Positions 35,293-45,920 of a DNA stretch of 60,106 nt are shown piece by piece. This DNA is from a virus. Taxonomy: Duplodnaviria > Caudoviricetes. The stretch covers positions 1 to 60,106 of the IMG/VR virus record IMGVR_UViG_3300027736_000049; one strand, written 5' to 3'. Below the pieces are notes generated by a model, which was not told the origin of the DNA, searched no databases, and saw nothing but the letters and a program-made list of their open reading frames with translations. Each line of letters begins with the position of its first letter. The stretch's first letter is position 1. A program made the translations under genes and the position numbers.

Positions 35293-35465
35293 GGCTGCGC
35301 CTCAAGGGCCTCTACAGCCTCGGTGAGGGTTCGGTGGTGGGTGAGTACACCGGAGGGCGTCAAAGCCCTCCAGCAGCCTCGTGTGGCCCGCTGGACCCAT
35401 CCCAGTGTGGCGGTGTTGATGGTGAGGACGTAAAGGCCCTCGGTGGTGCGGGTGATGGTCATCAT
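35289..35465 (-). CDS. 58-aa hypothetical protein (not in ORF track)
   Basis: MMTITRTTEGLYVLTIN...; abuts the upstream stop and is ATGA-coupled to the methyltransferase. Confidence 0.55.
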   Translation of the reverse strand: MMTITRTTEGLYVLTINTATLGWVQRATRGCWRALTPSGVLTHHRTLTEAVEALEAQP

Positions 35466-35669
35466 TTATGCGTCTTTCCATTCGTCATATTTTGAATTTT
35501 GGTTCTCCAATCGCTCCATGAGGAGGTCCACGGCTTCGCGGGGGGTGGAGGCATAGCCAATTGGGTCGGTCTCTTGCCCGTCGTAGTCGTCCGTCACGGC
35601 GCACCAGTCCCAGCTGGGATGGAGGGAGTGGATGTTGAAGCTCACGATGATTTTGTAGCTGGTGGTCAT
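35466..35669 (-). CDS. Hypothetical early protein
   Basis: AGGA RBS; DWCAVTDDYDG...IGYASTPREAV. Confidence 0.6.
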   Translation of the reverse strand: MTTSYKIIVSFNIHSLHPSWDWCAVTDDYDGQETDPIGYASTPREAVDLLMERLENQNSKYDEWKDA

Positions 35670-35739
35670 TTGCCTAGTTCCTGTTGGGTGAGTGGACGGG
35701 AGAAAACCCGCCCTGTTTTTGGTGAAGTTTTCGTCCGGA

Positions 35740-36018
35740 TCAGATTTTGGCGTATTCGCTGGGGTCCAGAAAGAAGGGGGCATTTAGCGAACCCACCAGC
35801 TTTCCCTGCACATAGACGGCCTCGACATACTCGGCCTCGTCAGGGGTCTGCATGGAGACGACCTCGACCAGATCACGGGCAGCCACGTCGGAGTAGGGGT
35901 CAGCGCCGAGAACGTGATCGACGATGGACTCGCACAGGGTGTCCCAGAGGCCGTCGCCAGTGGCGACGAAGGTAAGGCAGGGGGTGTATTCGGTGAGGGC
36001 GAAGAAGGTGAAGGTCAT
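35740..36018 (-). CDS. Acidic hypothetical early protein
   Basis: AGGAG RBS, downstream of a sigma70-like promoter. Confidence 0.65.
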   Translation of the reverse strand: MTFTFFALTEYTPCLTFVATGDGLWDTLCESIVDHVLGADPYSDVAARDLVEVVSMQTPDEAEYVEAVYVQGKLVGSLNAPFFLDPSEYAKI

Positions 36019-36056
36019 TTGCTTGGCTCCTGATTGAGTGATTTGCTTACCCGTCT

Positions 36057-36107
36057 TGTATACCCGCAATAACTGCGGGGTGTCAAGCGCACCCCGCGAT
36101 TTATTTT
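36057..36107 (-). promoter_or_regulatory. Sigma70-like promoter with palindromic operator
   Basis: TTGACA-N18-TATACA; spacer holds CCCGCA-N5-TGCGGG; upstream AAAATAAATCGC. Confidence 0.7.
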
Positions 36108-36394
36108 CAGGCCATCGCCTTGGCCGTCGCGCTGACCGTCAGCTTGTAAGTGGCCTTGATCGCCGTGGCATGGCAGCGGCGGAAGTCCTCGGCGCTCAGG
36201 AGCGTCTGGGCCAAGTCCTTGCTGAAGGTCGTGGGGTAGCTCTCGGAGACCTTCACGATGGCCTTCTCGCCGTGGATGACGTTCTCTTTGGTCTCAAGGA
36301 TCAGCTTGCGGATGGCGTCCTGCTGGGCCTTCAGTTCCTTGATCTGGGCGTCGAGGGAAGCGTAGGTGTCGGCGAGGCTGGCGATGTTGGACAT
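36107..36394 (-). CDS. Hypothetical early coiled-coil protein
   Basis: LADTYASLDAQIKELKAQQDAIRK; AGGA RBS. Confidence 0.7.
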   Translation of the reverse strand: MSNIASLADTYASLDAQIKELKAQQDAIRKLILETKENVIHGEKAIVKVSESYPTTFSKDLAQTLLSAEDFRRCHATAIKATYKLTVSATAKAMA

Positions 36395-36431
36395 TGTTGT
36401 GTTCCTGTTTGCTTGCGTTGTTGATGTCCTA

Positions 36432-36514
36432 TCTTTATCCCGCAGTTTCTGCGGGGTCAAGCGGGAATTCGCATATTCGCGGCGATTTTGCGATTTATTT
36501 TGCGATTTATTTTT
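36432..36514 (-). promoter_or_regulatory. Sigma70-like promoter with the same operator
   Basis: TTGACC-N17-TAAAGA; CCCGCA-N5-TGCGGG; tandem AAAATAAATCGC copies upstream. Confidence 0.65.
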
Positions 36515-36721
36515 GGGGGCCATTTTGGGGGCTATTTCGGGGAAGTTTCGGGGGGAGTTTTGGGGGTTATTGCGCTTCGCCTCGCCCTCGCCTATCTTTA
36601 GCCATGGAATTGGTGGACAAGATTGCGCTGGCGCTTTGCGGATATGGCTTGCCCGGTGAGCCCTGCGAAACGCCATGCGAGTTTTGTTTAGGTCAAGCTA
36701 ACGCAGTTATGAAGGTGATCA

Positions 36722-37195
36722 ATGGCCACTCCGAAAAAGAAACCAGAGGATCTGTTGAAGGTCGGAAGACCAAGCGGGTATCGGCCTGAGTTCTGTCAGC
36801 TTGTGCTTGAGCTTGGAAAAAAAGGAAAATCCTTCACGCAGATGGCCGTTGCGACTGGTTACACGAAAGCAAGTTTGCACGGATGGCGTGATCAATACCC
36901 AGAATTTGCGACCGCTTTAACGCGCGCGCTCGAAATGTCTCAGGATTGGTGGGAGTCTCGCGGGCAAGAAGGGATCACTTCTCGCGAGTTCAACGCTGCG
37001 CTTTGGCATAAGAACGTCGCCAGCCGCTTCCGCGAGGATTACGCTGATCGCAAAGAGGTCACAGGCGCAGGTGGCGGGCCTATTCAGCAGGCGGTGACGC
37101 TGCGGACGCTTGACGTGTCTGAGCTTGACGACGATCAGCTTGAGGCGCTGGAGACTGCGCTTCTGTCCACAATGGGCGGCGATGGGAAAGATTGA
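36722..37195 (+). CDS. terS: Terminase small subunit
   Basis: GRPSGY, HTH, W...YPEF, EVTGAGGGPI; immediately before TerL. Confidence 0.85.
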   Translation: MATPKKKPEDLLKVGRPSGYRPEFCQLVLELGKKGKSFTQMAVATGYTKASLHGWRDQYPEFATALTRALEMSQDWWESRGQEGITSREFNAALWHKNVASRFREDYADRKEVTGAGGGPIQQAVTLRTLDVSELDDDQLEALETALLSTMGGDGKD

Positions 37196-38840
37196 TCTCC
37201 CGCGCGACATCGACGGCAAGGCGAGCCTGCGGGCGATCCAGAAGCGGCGCTGCGAGCTGTCGCTGGCCACGTTCATCAAGCAGGCGTGGCACGTCGTCGA
37301 GCCCGGCCAGCCGTTTGTGGATAACTGGCATATCGGGTTAATTTGCGCCCACCTTGAGGCGATCACAGACGGCCACGTTCTCGATGATGGCTCGCTTTAT
37401 AACCGCTTATTAATAAACGTAATACCCGGTGCAATGAAATCAATGATTTGCAACGTGTTTTGGCCCAGTTGGGAATGGGGGCCGAAGAACATGCCCCACA
37501 TGCGCTACATTTGCGCCGCCCATCAGCAGGGCCTCGCGATCCGTGACAGCACCAAGATGCGCCGCCTCGTTACCTCCAAATGGTATCAGGACCGTTGGGG
37601 CGACCGGGTAAAGTTGACCGGCGATCAGAACGCCAAGACTAAGTTTGAAACGACCGCTACAGGTTTTCGCGAAGCGATGGCCGCTGGCTCAATCACAGGG
37701 TCTCGTGGTGATCGCGTGATTATTGATGACCCTCACAGCGTCGAGGGTGCAAACAGCGAGGCCATGCGCCACACGACGCTCGAATGGTTCACTGAAGCCG
37801 TCCCGACGCGCCTCAACAACCCAAAGACCAGCGCCATCGTCGTCATCATGCAGCGGCTGCACGAAGAAGACGTGTCGGGCGTAATCCTAGAGCGCAAGGG
37901 CTTTCAAGGCGTCTACGACCATATCTGCCTGCCCATGCGCTACGAGGCATGGCGGTCAGGCGTTGCAACCAAGCTGGGCTATCTCGACCCTCGTGAGGAG
38001 GAGGGCGAACTGCTCTTCCCGCAGCGGTTCCCGCCCGAAGTGGTGGACCGCGACGAGGCGGCAATGGGCCCGTATGCCGTCGCCAGCCAGCACCAGCAAG
38101 TCCCTTCGCCTCGTGGCGGTAATGTGGTCAAGGACAGTTGGTGGCAGCTTTGGGAGCAAAGCCACTTTCCCAGCCTCGACTTCGTGGTGGCCAGCATTGA
38201 CACCGCCTACAGCACGAAGGCGGAGGAGCGCGGCGACTTCAGCGCTATGACCGTCTGGGGCGTCTTCAGCGGCGATCCCGCCGCCACCGCGACCCGCAGC
38301 GTTGACCGCTACGGCAAGGGCTTTGACGGCTACGTCAACACGTCCTACACCTCAGACCTGAACGCTGTCCCGCGCGTGATCCTCATGCGGGCGTGGGCCG
38401 AACGGCTAGAGTTGCACGAGCTGGTCGAGAAGATCGCCAAGGACTGCAAGGCTCTGAAGGTGGACAAGCTGCTAATCGAAAACAAGGCGGCAGGTCACAG
38501 CGTGGCGCAGGAAATCCGCAGGCTGTTCAGCCACGAGCCGTGGGCCGTCCAGATGTACGACCCCAAGTCCATCGACAAGCTGGGCAGGCTCTACAGCGTC
38601 CAGCATCTGTTTGCCGAGGGCATGATCTACGCGCCCGGCGTCACATGGGCCGAGGCCGTCATCCGGCAAGTCTCCAGCTTCCCGCGTGGCAAGCATGACG
38701 ACTTGGTTGACACAGTGTCAATGGCTTTGCGACATCTGCGAGACCTCGGCCTCCTCACCCGCAGCCCCGAAAGGCTGGCGGAAATCCACGAAAGCAAGAG
38801 CCAATATGGAAAAGCTCCCCCTCCTCTCTACGACGCCTGA
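37182..38840 (+). CDS. terL: Terminase large subunit
   Basis: NVIPGAMKS (Walker A variant), IIDDPH, IMQRLHE, SIDTA, IENKAAG, FPRGKHDDLVD. Confidence 0.95.
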   Translation: MGKIDLPRDIDGKASLRAIQKRRCELSLATFIKQAWHVVEPGQPFVDNWHIGLICAHLEAITDGHVLDDGSLYNRLLINVIPGAMKSMICNVFWPSWEWGPKNMPHMRYICAAHQQGLAIRDSTKMRRLVTSKWYQDRWGDRVKLTGDQNAKTKFETTATGFREAMAAGSITGSRGDRVIIDDPHSVEGANSEAMRHTTLEWFTEAVPTRLNNPKTSAIVVIMQRLHEEDVSGVILERKGFQGVYDHICLPMRYEAWRSGVATKLGYLDPREEEGELLFPQRFPPEVVDRDEAAMGPYAVASQHQQVPSPRGGNVVKDSWWQLWEQSHFPSLDFVVASIDTAYSTKAEERGDFSAMTVWGVFSGDPAATATRSVDRYGKGFDGYVNTSYTSDLNAVPRVILMRAWAERLELHELVEKIAKDCKALKVDKLLIENKAAGHSVAQEIRRLFSHEPWAVQMYDPKSIDKLGRLYSVQHLFAEGMIYAPGVTWAEAVIRQVSSFPRGKHDDLVDTVSMALRHLRDLGLLTRSPERLAEIHESKSQYGKAPPPLYDA

Positions 38841-39594
38841 CCGGGTCAAGACCATAAGGACAATTAGCTGGTTTTCCTGTGGTGCGGCTAGCGCCGTCGC
38901 CACAAAACTTGCGCTCAAATTATATGAAAATGTTGTTGTAGTTTATTGCGAGACGGGGGCCGAACATCCGGATAATGAGCGTTTCATGTCCGAATGCGAG
39001 CGTTGGTTTGGCGTTTCAATTCGGCGGGTCAAGTCAGACGAATATGCCGATACATGGGATGTCTGGAAAAAAAGGAAGTATCTTGCGGGCATCAATGGGG
39101 CCCCCTGCACTGTTGAGCTAAAAGTTGCACCCCGTTTGGCTTTCCAGCACCCGAGCGATCACCATGTTTTCGGATACACTCACGATAAGCCGGACATGGA
39201 TCGGGCGGATCGCCTTCGCGCCAATTACCCAGAGATGACCATTTTGACGCCGTTAATTGACAATGCTTTGAACAAGGAATCTTGTCTTGGAATGCTTCAG
39301 TCGGTTGGGATCGGCCTGCCGCCTATGTATGCCATGGGGTTTCAGAACAACAACTGCATCCCATGTGTAAAGGCTACCAGCCCAGCCTATTGGGCTTTGG
39401 TCCGCAAAGAGTTTCCCGATCACTTTGCGCGCATGGTTAAGCTATCTCGGGAGCTTGAAGTTCGCTTGTGCCGGATTAAAGGGGTGCGCTCATTCATTGA
39501 CGAAATCCCTTTTGATCATCCAACAACGAACGCAATGTCGCCTAGCTGCGATTTTTTGTGCCATTTGATCGAACAGGAGCTAGAGAACAAATGA
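38806..39594 (+). CDS. PAPS-reductase-like (adenine nucleotide alpha hydrolase) protein
   Basis: SWFSCGAASAVA PP-loop variant, EHPDNERF, CTVELK, NNNCIPCVK, SCDFLC. Confidence 0.7.
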   Translation: MEKLPLLSTTPDRVKTIRTISWFSCGAASAVATKLALKLYENVVVVYCETGAEHPDNERFMSECERWFGVSIRRVKSDEYADTWDVWKKRKYLAGINGAPCTVELKVAPRLAFQHPSDHHVFGYTHDKPDMDRADRLRANYPEMTILTPLIDNALNKESCLGMLQSVGIGLPPMYAMGFQNNNCIPCVKATSPAYWALVRKEFPDHFARMVKLSRELEVRLCRIKGVRSFIDEIPFDHPTTNAMSPSCDFLCHLIEQELENK

Positions 39595-39773
39595 TCAAAG
39601 CCAATGCCTTCGTTGATAAAATCAAGCGAAATCAATGGCTTGTCGAGGTCTGGGGCAAGGCCCCCTACGACTTCACCCGTCGCTATGAAATCAAGGCGAA
39701 ATCCGATACACTAGCGGCACAGGAGGGCATCCGGCGCTTTGTGGCGGAGATGGAAGCTCGCAGGGACCACTAG
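39591..39773 (+). CDS. Hypothetical protein
   Basis: ATGA-coupled; fills the gap to the portal gene. Confidence 0.65.
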   Translation: MIKANAFVDKIKRNQWLVEVWGKAPYDFTRRYEIKAKSDTLAAQEGIRRFVAEMEARRDH

Positions 39774-39775
39774 CC

Positions 39776-42208
39776 ATGCCGTTGACCCCCGGTCTGTCGC
39801 CATCCATTCGTCAGCCCCTTTCCGATGAGGACCCCGCCGTTCAGATCGAGATGATCGAGGATGGCGATATGCCCGTCATGGATCAGCGCGGCAATGTGCT
39901 GGAGATCGAGCACGGCGACGGGTCGATCTCAATCAGCCTTGACGGCAGGCCGCTTGATGAGGCCGGAGAGGCCGAGCCGAAGGACTGGTTTGATAACCTC
40001 GTTGACGACATTGACGAGCTTGAGTTGTATCGGATCAGTGACGAGCTGTTGCGCGGCGTTCAGGACGACATCGACAGCCGCAAGGAATGGATCGAGAACA
40101 GGGCCACCGGCATCAAGCTGATGGGGCTCAAGCTGGAGATCCCCGGTTTGCAGGGTGCGTCTGATGGCGCTCCGGTGGAGGGCATGTCCAAGGTGCGCCA
40201 CCCGCTGCTGCTTGAAGCTGTGCTGCGGTTTCAAGCCAATGCGCGGTCTGAGCTGCTGCCCACCGATGGGCCGGTGAAGATCCGCAACGACGACAACAAT
40301 GCCGATTTCCAAGAGGACCAGCTTGCCAATGCGCTGGAGACGGATCTCAACCACTTCCTGACGACGACCGCGACTGAGTACTATCCCGATACGGATCGGA
40401 TGCTGCTCATGCTGGGCTTTGGTGGCACGTCCTTCAAGAAAGTCTATTATTGCCCCCTGCGCAATCGCCCCGTCTCCGAGACGGTAGACGCTGACGACCT
40501 GATCGTGAACAACGCCGCGACGGATCTGCGTAACGCCAAGCGCATCACGCATCGCTCTTATATGCGCCCGAGCATTGTGAAGCGGCTCCAGATCCTTGGT
40601 GTCTACAAGGACATTGACCTGTCCACCGCCCGCCTGCCGACGCTCGATAGCGTCCAGAAGGAAAAGAACAGCCAGCAGGGCATCGCCCTCTCGGCCTCTG
40701 GCAACCCGGACGACCGCGACCGCGAGATTTACGAAATCTATTGCGAGCTGGATGTTAAGGGCTTCGAACACAAGTACAAGGGCAAGGTCAGCGGTCTTGA
40801 GATCCCTTATCGCGTGACCATCGACACTTCGTCCAAGCAGGTCTTGAGCATCGTCCGCAACTACGATGAGGACGATCTGGATCTGCCAGAGGCGCGCATC
40901 AACTTCGTCAAATACTCGTTCGTTCCGGGGCTGGGCTTCTATGACATCGGGCTCTTACACATTCTTGGCAATACGACCAATGCTATCACTGCTGCGTGGC
41001 GTGAGCTTCTTGACGCTGGCATGTATTCCAACTTCCCCGGCTTCCTCATGGCCGACACTGGCGCACGTCAGAACACGAATATCTTTCGCGTTCCTCCGGG
41101 CGGAGGTGCTCTTGTTAAAACTGGCGGTATGCCGCTGAACCAAGCCATCATGCCGCTTCCGTACAAGGAGCCGTCTGGCGCTCTCATGTCGCTCGTTCAG
41201 AACATGGCCGAAACGGGGATGAGGATTGGCGGCACAAGCGAGCAGCAGGTTGGCGAAGGCCGGGCCGACGCGCCTGTGGGCACGACGCTGGCCATGATTG
41301 ACCAAGCCACCAAGATGATGAACGCCGTCCACAAGCGGATGCACGCCGCGCAGGCGGAGGAGTTCAGGCTACTGGTGCGGACGTTCAAGGACAACCCGGA
41401 AAGCTTCTGGCAACGCAACAAACAGCCGTCCTATCAGTGGGATCAGGATACGTTCCTGAAGGCCATTGACGACTACGAGTTGACGCCGCAGGCCGATCCG
41501 AACACGGCGAGCCACACCCAGCGCATCATGAAGGTCGTTGGTCTCATGCAGCTGATGGGGCAGGCTCCTGAACTTTTTGACAAGAAAGCGGTCATCACGG
41601 ACGCCATGCAGGTCATGGGCTGGAACAACCCTGCGCAGTTCTTTACCAAGACCCCGCAGGGCGGCATTGAAGGGATGCTGGCCAATCCGATGGTCTTGAA
41701 GGGCCTTGGCGACTTGCTGATCAAGAAACAGGACAGCGACACCAAGAAGCTGGTGGGCGAGGCGCAGGCCGCCGAGCTTCACGCCAAGGCGCAGCAGATC
41801 CCCCAAGAGGGTGCGCAGGCTGGTGGCCTCAATCCGATGGACGCTCAGATCAAGCAGGCGCAGCTACAGGCTGATTTGCAGCTCAAGGGCGCGGACTTGC
41901 AACTGAAGCAGGCGCAGATCGCCGAGGTTCAGGCCAAGGGGCAGGCGGATCGCACGGCTGATCCCATGAAGATGGCGGATCTCCAACTTCGCCAGCGCGA
42001 GCTGGACCAGAAGCAGGAAGACGCCGAGCTTGATGCGATCAACCGCAAGCGCGACCGTGAAAGCCGCGAAAGGTTGGCGGCTGTGAAGCTGGCGGAGGAG
42101 ATGGCGGCTAATCCGCAGGGGCTGGGGGTCGTAGATCAGCTCCTTGACCCCGGCATGATCCAGCGGCTTGAGAGCAATGAGCCCAAGCTGAAGAGCGGGA
42201 GCGATTGA
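39776..42208 (+). CDS. Portal protein (P22-like, long C-terminal coiled coil)
   Basis: 810 aa after terminase; HPLLLEAVLRFQA, APVGTTLAMI; Gln-rich helical tail. Confidence 0.85.
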   Translation: MPLTPGLSPSIRQPLSDEDPAVQIEMIEDGDMPVMDQRGNVLEIEHGDGSISISLDGRPLDEAGEAEPKDWFDNLVDDIDELELYRISDELLRGVQDDIDSRKEWIENRATGIKLMGLKLEIPGLQGASDGAPVEGMSKVRHPLLLEAVLRFQANARSELLPTDGPVKIRNDDNNADFQEDQLANALETDLNHFLTTTATEYYPDTDRMLLMLGFGGTSFKKVYYCPLRNRPVSETVDADDLIVNNAATDLRNAKRITHRSYMRPSIVKRLQILGVYKDIDLSTARLPTLDSVQKEKNSQQGIALSASGNPDDRDREIYEIYCELDVKGFEHKYKGKVSGLEIPYRVTIDTSSKQVLSIVRNYDEDDLDLPEARINFVKYSFVPGLGFYDIGLLHILGNTTNAITAAWRELLDAGMYSNFPGFLMADTGARQNTNIFRVPPGGGALVKTGGMPLNQAIMPLPYKEPSGALMSLVQNMAETGMRIGGTSEQQVGEGRADAPVGTTLAMIDQATKMMNAVHKRMHAAQAEEFRLLVRTFKDNPESFWQRNKQPSYQWDQDTFLKAIDDYELTPQADPNTASHTQRIMKVVGLMQLMGQAPELFDKKAVITDAMQVMGWNNPAQFFTKTPQGGIEGMLANPMVLKGLGDLLIKKQDSDTKKLVGEAQAAELHAKAQQIPQEGAQAGGLNPMDAQIKQAQLQADLQLKGADLQLKQAQIAEVQAKGQADRTADPMKMADLQLRQRELDQKQEDAELDAINRKRDRESRERLAAVKLAEEMAANPQGLGVVDQLLDPGMIQRLESNEPKLKSGSD

Positions 42209-44817
42209 TGCACGACCTCGACAAAGCCATTCGCGCAGCCATGATGACGGCGCATCGTTATGCCCGTGGCGGGTATGCGGGCGGTGGCGGCGCCGAAAGC
42301 GTGTTGATGCAGGAGATGCCCACATATGACCCTATGGGCAATGTAAGCGTTCCCGCTTTTGGCCCCGCGCCAGAACAAAAACCAATTGCAATGGAAAATC
42401 CAGAGCGCGTTCGCGCTGCTGAAGATGCCGCAAGGCTTGCCAAAGAAATACAAGCTTTTGAGGCCAGCAAGGCCCAAATTCAAACGCAGCCTGAGTGGGC
42501 GCGAATGATGACCCATGCGCCCCAAGAGCCTCGTGCGCCTGTGCAGATTGAGGGCGGCTTCATTGGAAACAGGCAGCTTGGCACGGCTCCTTATCCGGTG
42601 GCCAACGCGCTTTCCGGCATGGCGCAGGGCGCATATGATTTCAAGACTGCGCCTCTTTATGGTCTTGGCGCAGTGTTTCCGCCCGCAGCGGCTTTGGGCA
42701 CTGCGCTGGATACAGCAGAGGGTGTTGCGGCTGGTAGCCCGACACAGGTAGCAATGGGCGCTTTTGGTACGCCCATGAAGGCCGTGCGCAACGTGATTGC
42801 TCCTTTGACGGTTGCGTCCGGTCTTACTGCCCCCGATGAAGCGGAGGCCGCCCGTGCGCCTCGCCTTGGTGGGTTGTCTGCTGCCCTATCCAAGACCGCC
42901 CCGAAGGCCGGAGAAATGTCTTTGGAGCAAGCGATGAATATCGCTAAGTCTATCCCCGCCCGCGAACTCTCCCCGCTTGGCTTCTACAGCCACGGCGCTG
43001 AGACGGCGGCTGGACTTCAGCAGGCGAAGGGGACGCCAGAGCAATATGCTGCGATGCTTCAGAAGGCTGGCGTTAAGCCTGCGGAGCTTGAGGGCTTCGG
43101 TGAGGCGTTTGCCGGTCGCCCCAGCGTGACCCGCGAGGAGATTGCCGCGCACTTCAAGGAGCGGATGCCGCAGATTGAAGAGACGGTGTTGGGCGTTAAT
43201 GCTGCCCGTAAATCAAAACTTGATGCGATAAATAATGAATTGGGATCGCTTGCAGATAGTGAAATTGCGGCGGGCCGCGTTCCTGCGGAAAATCCTCGTT
43301 TTAAAGAACTTGAAAAACAATATTACGAAATTGCTGACAATTCTCTAGCCGAAACGCCCACCAAATTCGGCCAATACACCCTCCCCGGCGGCGAGAACTA
43401 TCGCGAGGTTAGACTGACGCTGCCGGAAGGTTACGGCGCTCCCCAAAAGGCGTTGGATGATCTTGCTGCGGCAAAAGAGCGAGCCTCCGCTGCAAGCAAG
43501 GCTTATACCGACGCTCTTATGGCCGAACTTGATGGAACTTCAAAGCTTTCGCCTGAAGCGTTTGCTGCGCTTGAGAAAGAAAATTCGATTGCCAGTTCGC
43601 GTGTGAAGAACTTTGAAAAGTTGGCAAAGCAACCAGCCTTTCAGTCTTCTCATTGGCCAGATGCACCTAACACGGTTGCGCATCTTCGCATGGCTGACCG
43701 CACCGGCCCGAACGGTGAGAAGATCCTGCATGTCGAGGAGATCCAGTCCGACTGGGGGCAGAAGGGGAAGAAGGAGGGGTTTGTTACAAAATACAACCCC
43801 GAAGATATAAAAGAAATGGACCCAGCCAATATTACTAGCGAGCGCAGACGTAATGAGTTTTGGAACTTTGAAACGCCAACCGGCGCTATAGATGTTCCGA
43901 GAAATAATCGTTGGCCGACGATAGAAGCTGCAAGACAACACATTCTTGATAATGTGAAACCAACTGGCGTTCCCACTGCTCCCTACGTCACCAACACGCA
44001 AGCATGGACTGACCTTGCCCTGAAGCGCGCCCTGCGTGAGGCGGCTGAAGGCGGGTATGACAAGCTCGTCTGGACGCCGGGTGCGGAGCAGGCGAAGCGG
44101 TACAAACTTACCAACCACATCAACTCAATCGACTACATGCGCGAAGGTGAAGACGCCTATCGGCTTGGCATCACCAACAAGCGTGGCGAGGGGATTGATC
44201 TTCCCAAAGACACCTTTACGGCGAAGGAGCTTGAAGACTATCTTGGGAAAGAAGTTGCCCAGAAGATAGTTGAAGACGAGGGCAAAGCTTATCGGGGACG
44301 TAACCACAAAACGCTTGAGGGCCTTGACCTTGAGGTCGGCGGCTCCGGCATGAAAGGCTACTACGACAAGATCGTGCCGAACCAGTTGAGCAAGCTGGTG
44401 AAGAAGCTCGACCCGGAAGCGAAAGTTGGAGTGCATGATCTGATAACAAAGAAGGGCGGCAAAGTGGCGGATGAAGCCGCGCTTAATGAAAATAGTCAGT
44501 TAATTGAGCAGGGGCGTTTCTGGGACGATGCGCGTGCAGAAAATGTAAACGGGTATCGCGTGACTTTGCCCGGAGGTCAGGAACTGGGCGTTTTTGAAGA
44601 CTTGCCAGACGCGCATGATGCTTTGTTGCAAGCTCTTGGCAGCGCAAAGGAGCCCGACACCATTCTTAAAGTCCCCTCCCTCACCATCACCCCCAAGATG
44701 CGCGAGGCCATCATGAAGGGCCAAACAGCCTTCAAGCGTGGCGGCAGCATCCCATTCGGCCCTGAAGCTGCTCAGAGAGCCGTGCAAATCGCAAAGCAGC
44801 AAGCGGGACGCCGCTAA
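42208..44817 (+). CDS. Large virion-associated protein with EEIQSDW motif
   Basis: [40 protein letters not shown] motifs recalled from large phage internal proteins. Confidence 0.6.
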   Translation: MHDLDKAIRAAMMTAHRYARGGYAGGGGAESVLMQEMPTYDPMGNVSVPAFGPAPEQKPIAMENPERVRAAEDAARLAKEIQAFEASKAQIQTQPEWARMMTHAPQEPRAPVQIEGGFIGNRQLGTAPYPVANALSGMAQGAYDFKTAPLYGLGAVFPPAAALGTALDTAEGVAAGSPTQVAMGAFGTPMKAVRNVIAPLTVASGLTAPDEAEAARAPRLGGLSAALSKTAPKAGEMSLEQAMNIAKSIPARELSPLGFYSHGAETAAGLQQAKGTPEQYAAMLQKAGVKPAELEGFGEAFAGRPSVTREEIAAHFKERMPQIEETVLGVNAARKSKLDAINNELGSLADSEIAAGRVPAENPRFKELEKQYYEIADNSLAETPTKFGQYTLPGGENYREVRLTLPEGYGAPQKALDDLAAAKERASAASKAYTDALMAELDGTSKLSPEAFAALEKENSIASSRVKNFEKLAKQPAFQSSHWPDAPNTVAHLRMADRTGPNGEKILHVEEIQSDWGQKGKKEGFVTKYNPEDIKEMDPANITSERRRNEFWNFETPTGAIDVPRNNRWPTIEAARQHILDNVKPTGVPTAPYVTNTQAWTDLALKRALREAAEGGYDKLVWTPGAEQAKRYKLTNHINSIDYMREGEDAYRLGITNKRGEGIDLPKDTFTAKELEDYLGKEVAQKIVEDEGKAYRGRNHKTLEGLDLEVGGSGMKGYYDKIVPNQLSKLVKKLDPEAKVGVHDLITKKGGKVADEAALNENSQLIEQGRFWDDARAENVNGYRVTLPGGQELGVFEDLPDAHDALLQALGSAKEPDTILKVPSLTITPKMREAIMKGQTAFKRGGSIPFGPEAAQRAVQIAKQQAGRR

Positions 44818-44828
44818 GGAGTACTCCC

Positions 44829-45806
44829 ATGTCTGAAGCCAGCAAGGCCGCAAGGTCGGCCATGAAATCCAAGATCAAGCGTCTAACGACTGATCCCAAG
44901 ACCAAGGTAGACGCTAGTAGCTGGACGCCCCCCGAGCCCCTTAACGCTGACGTTAAGACGGGTATGCGCCCGATCAGCCCCCGCGCCTTCAAGCAGGGTG
45001 GCAAGGTCATGGGCGAGGCTATGGAAGCCAATGCGGGCCGCAAGCCCCGCACGGGCAACAAGCCTGTCACGCCTGACAGCATGATCAACCGCAACGCCAA
45101 GGCCGCTAATGAAGAGCGCGAGGGCATTAAGCACGTCGGCGGCATGAAGAAGGGTGGCCGCACCAAGAAAATGGACGGTGGCCTTTTGACCGAACCTATG
45201 GCGCAGGACAAGCGCATGAGCATGGTTCCCAAGGACGTGATGACCTTTTCTCCCACGGGCGGTAGCAAGGTTGGCCTGAAGAAGGGCGGCAAGGCCGAGC
45301 ATGATGACGTGAAAGAGGACAAGGCGCTCATCAAGAAGATGGTGAAGCCGGGCGCTCGCACGGGCAAGGACACGGGCGGCATGTCCGTCTCCGATGGCGA
45401 GATTGAGGGCACCCGCCCGACCGGTGGCCGCAAGGCTCGCAAGTCCGGTGGTCGCGCCAAGGGAAAGACCAACATCCACATCAACATTGGCAGCGGTGGC
45501 CAGCCCCCGATGGGCATGAAGCCTCCGATGCCTCCGATGGGCCCGCCTCCCGGCGCTGGCGCTCCGCCTCCGATGGGTATGCCTCCCGGTGGCCCGCCTC
45601 CGGGCGCTGGTCTGCCTCCCGGCCCGCCTCCCGGCGCACCTCCCGGTGGAATGCCTGCTGGTCTGCCTCCGGGCCTTGCGCAGCTCCTTCAGGGGCGCAA
45701 GGACGGCGGTCGCACATACCCGAAGATGCGCTACGGCGCAGGCGGCGGGAAGGGTCGTCTGGAAAAGATTGAGGAATACGGCGAGCCTCAGAAGAAGGCT
45801 GGCTAA
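44829..45806 (+). CDS. Basic, disordered KxGG-repeat / Pro-Gly-rich protein
   Basis: AAGGAG RBS; FKQGG, MKKGG, LKKGG, RKSGG, RKDGG; PPG tract. Confidence 0.75.
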   Translation: MSEASKAARSAMKSKIKRLTTDPKTKVDASSWTPPEPLNADVKTGMRPISPRAFKQGGKVMGEAMEANAGRKPRTGNKPVTPDSMINRNAKAANEEREGIKHVGGMKKGGRTKKMDGGLLTEPMAQDKRMSMVPKDVMTFSPTGGSKVGLKKGGKAEHDDVKEDKALIKKMVKPGARTGKDTGGMSVSDGEIEGTRPTGGRKARKSGGRAKGKTNIHINIGSGGQPPMGMKPPMPPMGPPPGAGAPPPMGMPPGGPPPGAGLPPGPPPGAPPGGMPAGLPPGLAQLLQGRKDGGRTYPKMRYGAGGGKGRLEKIEEYGEPQKKAG

Positions 45807-45818
45807 CAAGATTTGGCC

Positions 45819-45919
45819 CGCTGGTCCTCCCACCAGCGCGTCAGATAGGCCGGTGAGTGAGCCCCCTCTCAAACTCACCGGCCACTTCCACATGAGAGGG
45901 GCAACCAGAGGGGTGGTTG
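45819..45919 (+). ncRNA. Structured intergenic RNA (three hairpins and a possible pseudoknot)
   Basis: 11-bp stem 45848-58/45873-83; its loop CCCCTCTCA is complementary to 45893-45901. Confidence 0.55.
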
Positions 45920-45920
45920 G

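Noticed and set aside
36680-36715. Possible CtrA box upstream of terS
   Set aside because: TTAG...CTAAC does not fit TTAA-N7-TTAA in sequence or spacing.
44883-45893. Long antisense ORFs over the KxGG protein, portal and giant protein
   Set aside because: Shadow ORFs of GC-rich coding sequence; + strand genes tile the region with RBSs.
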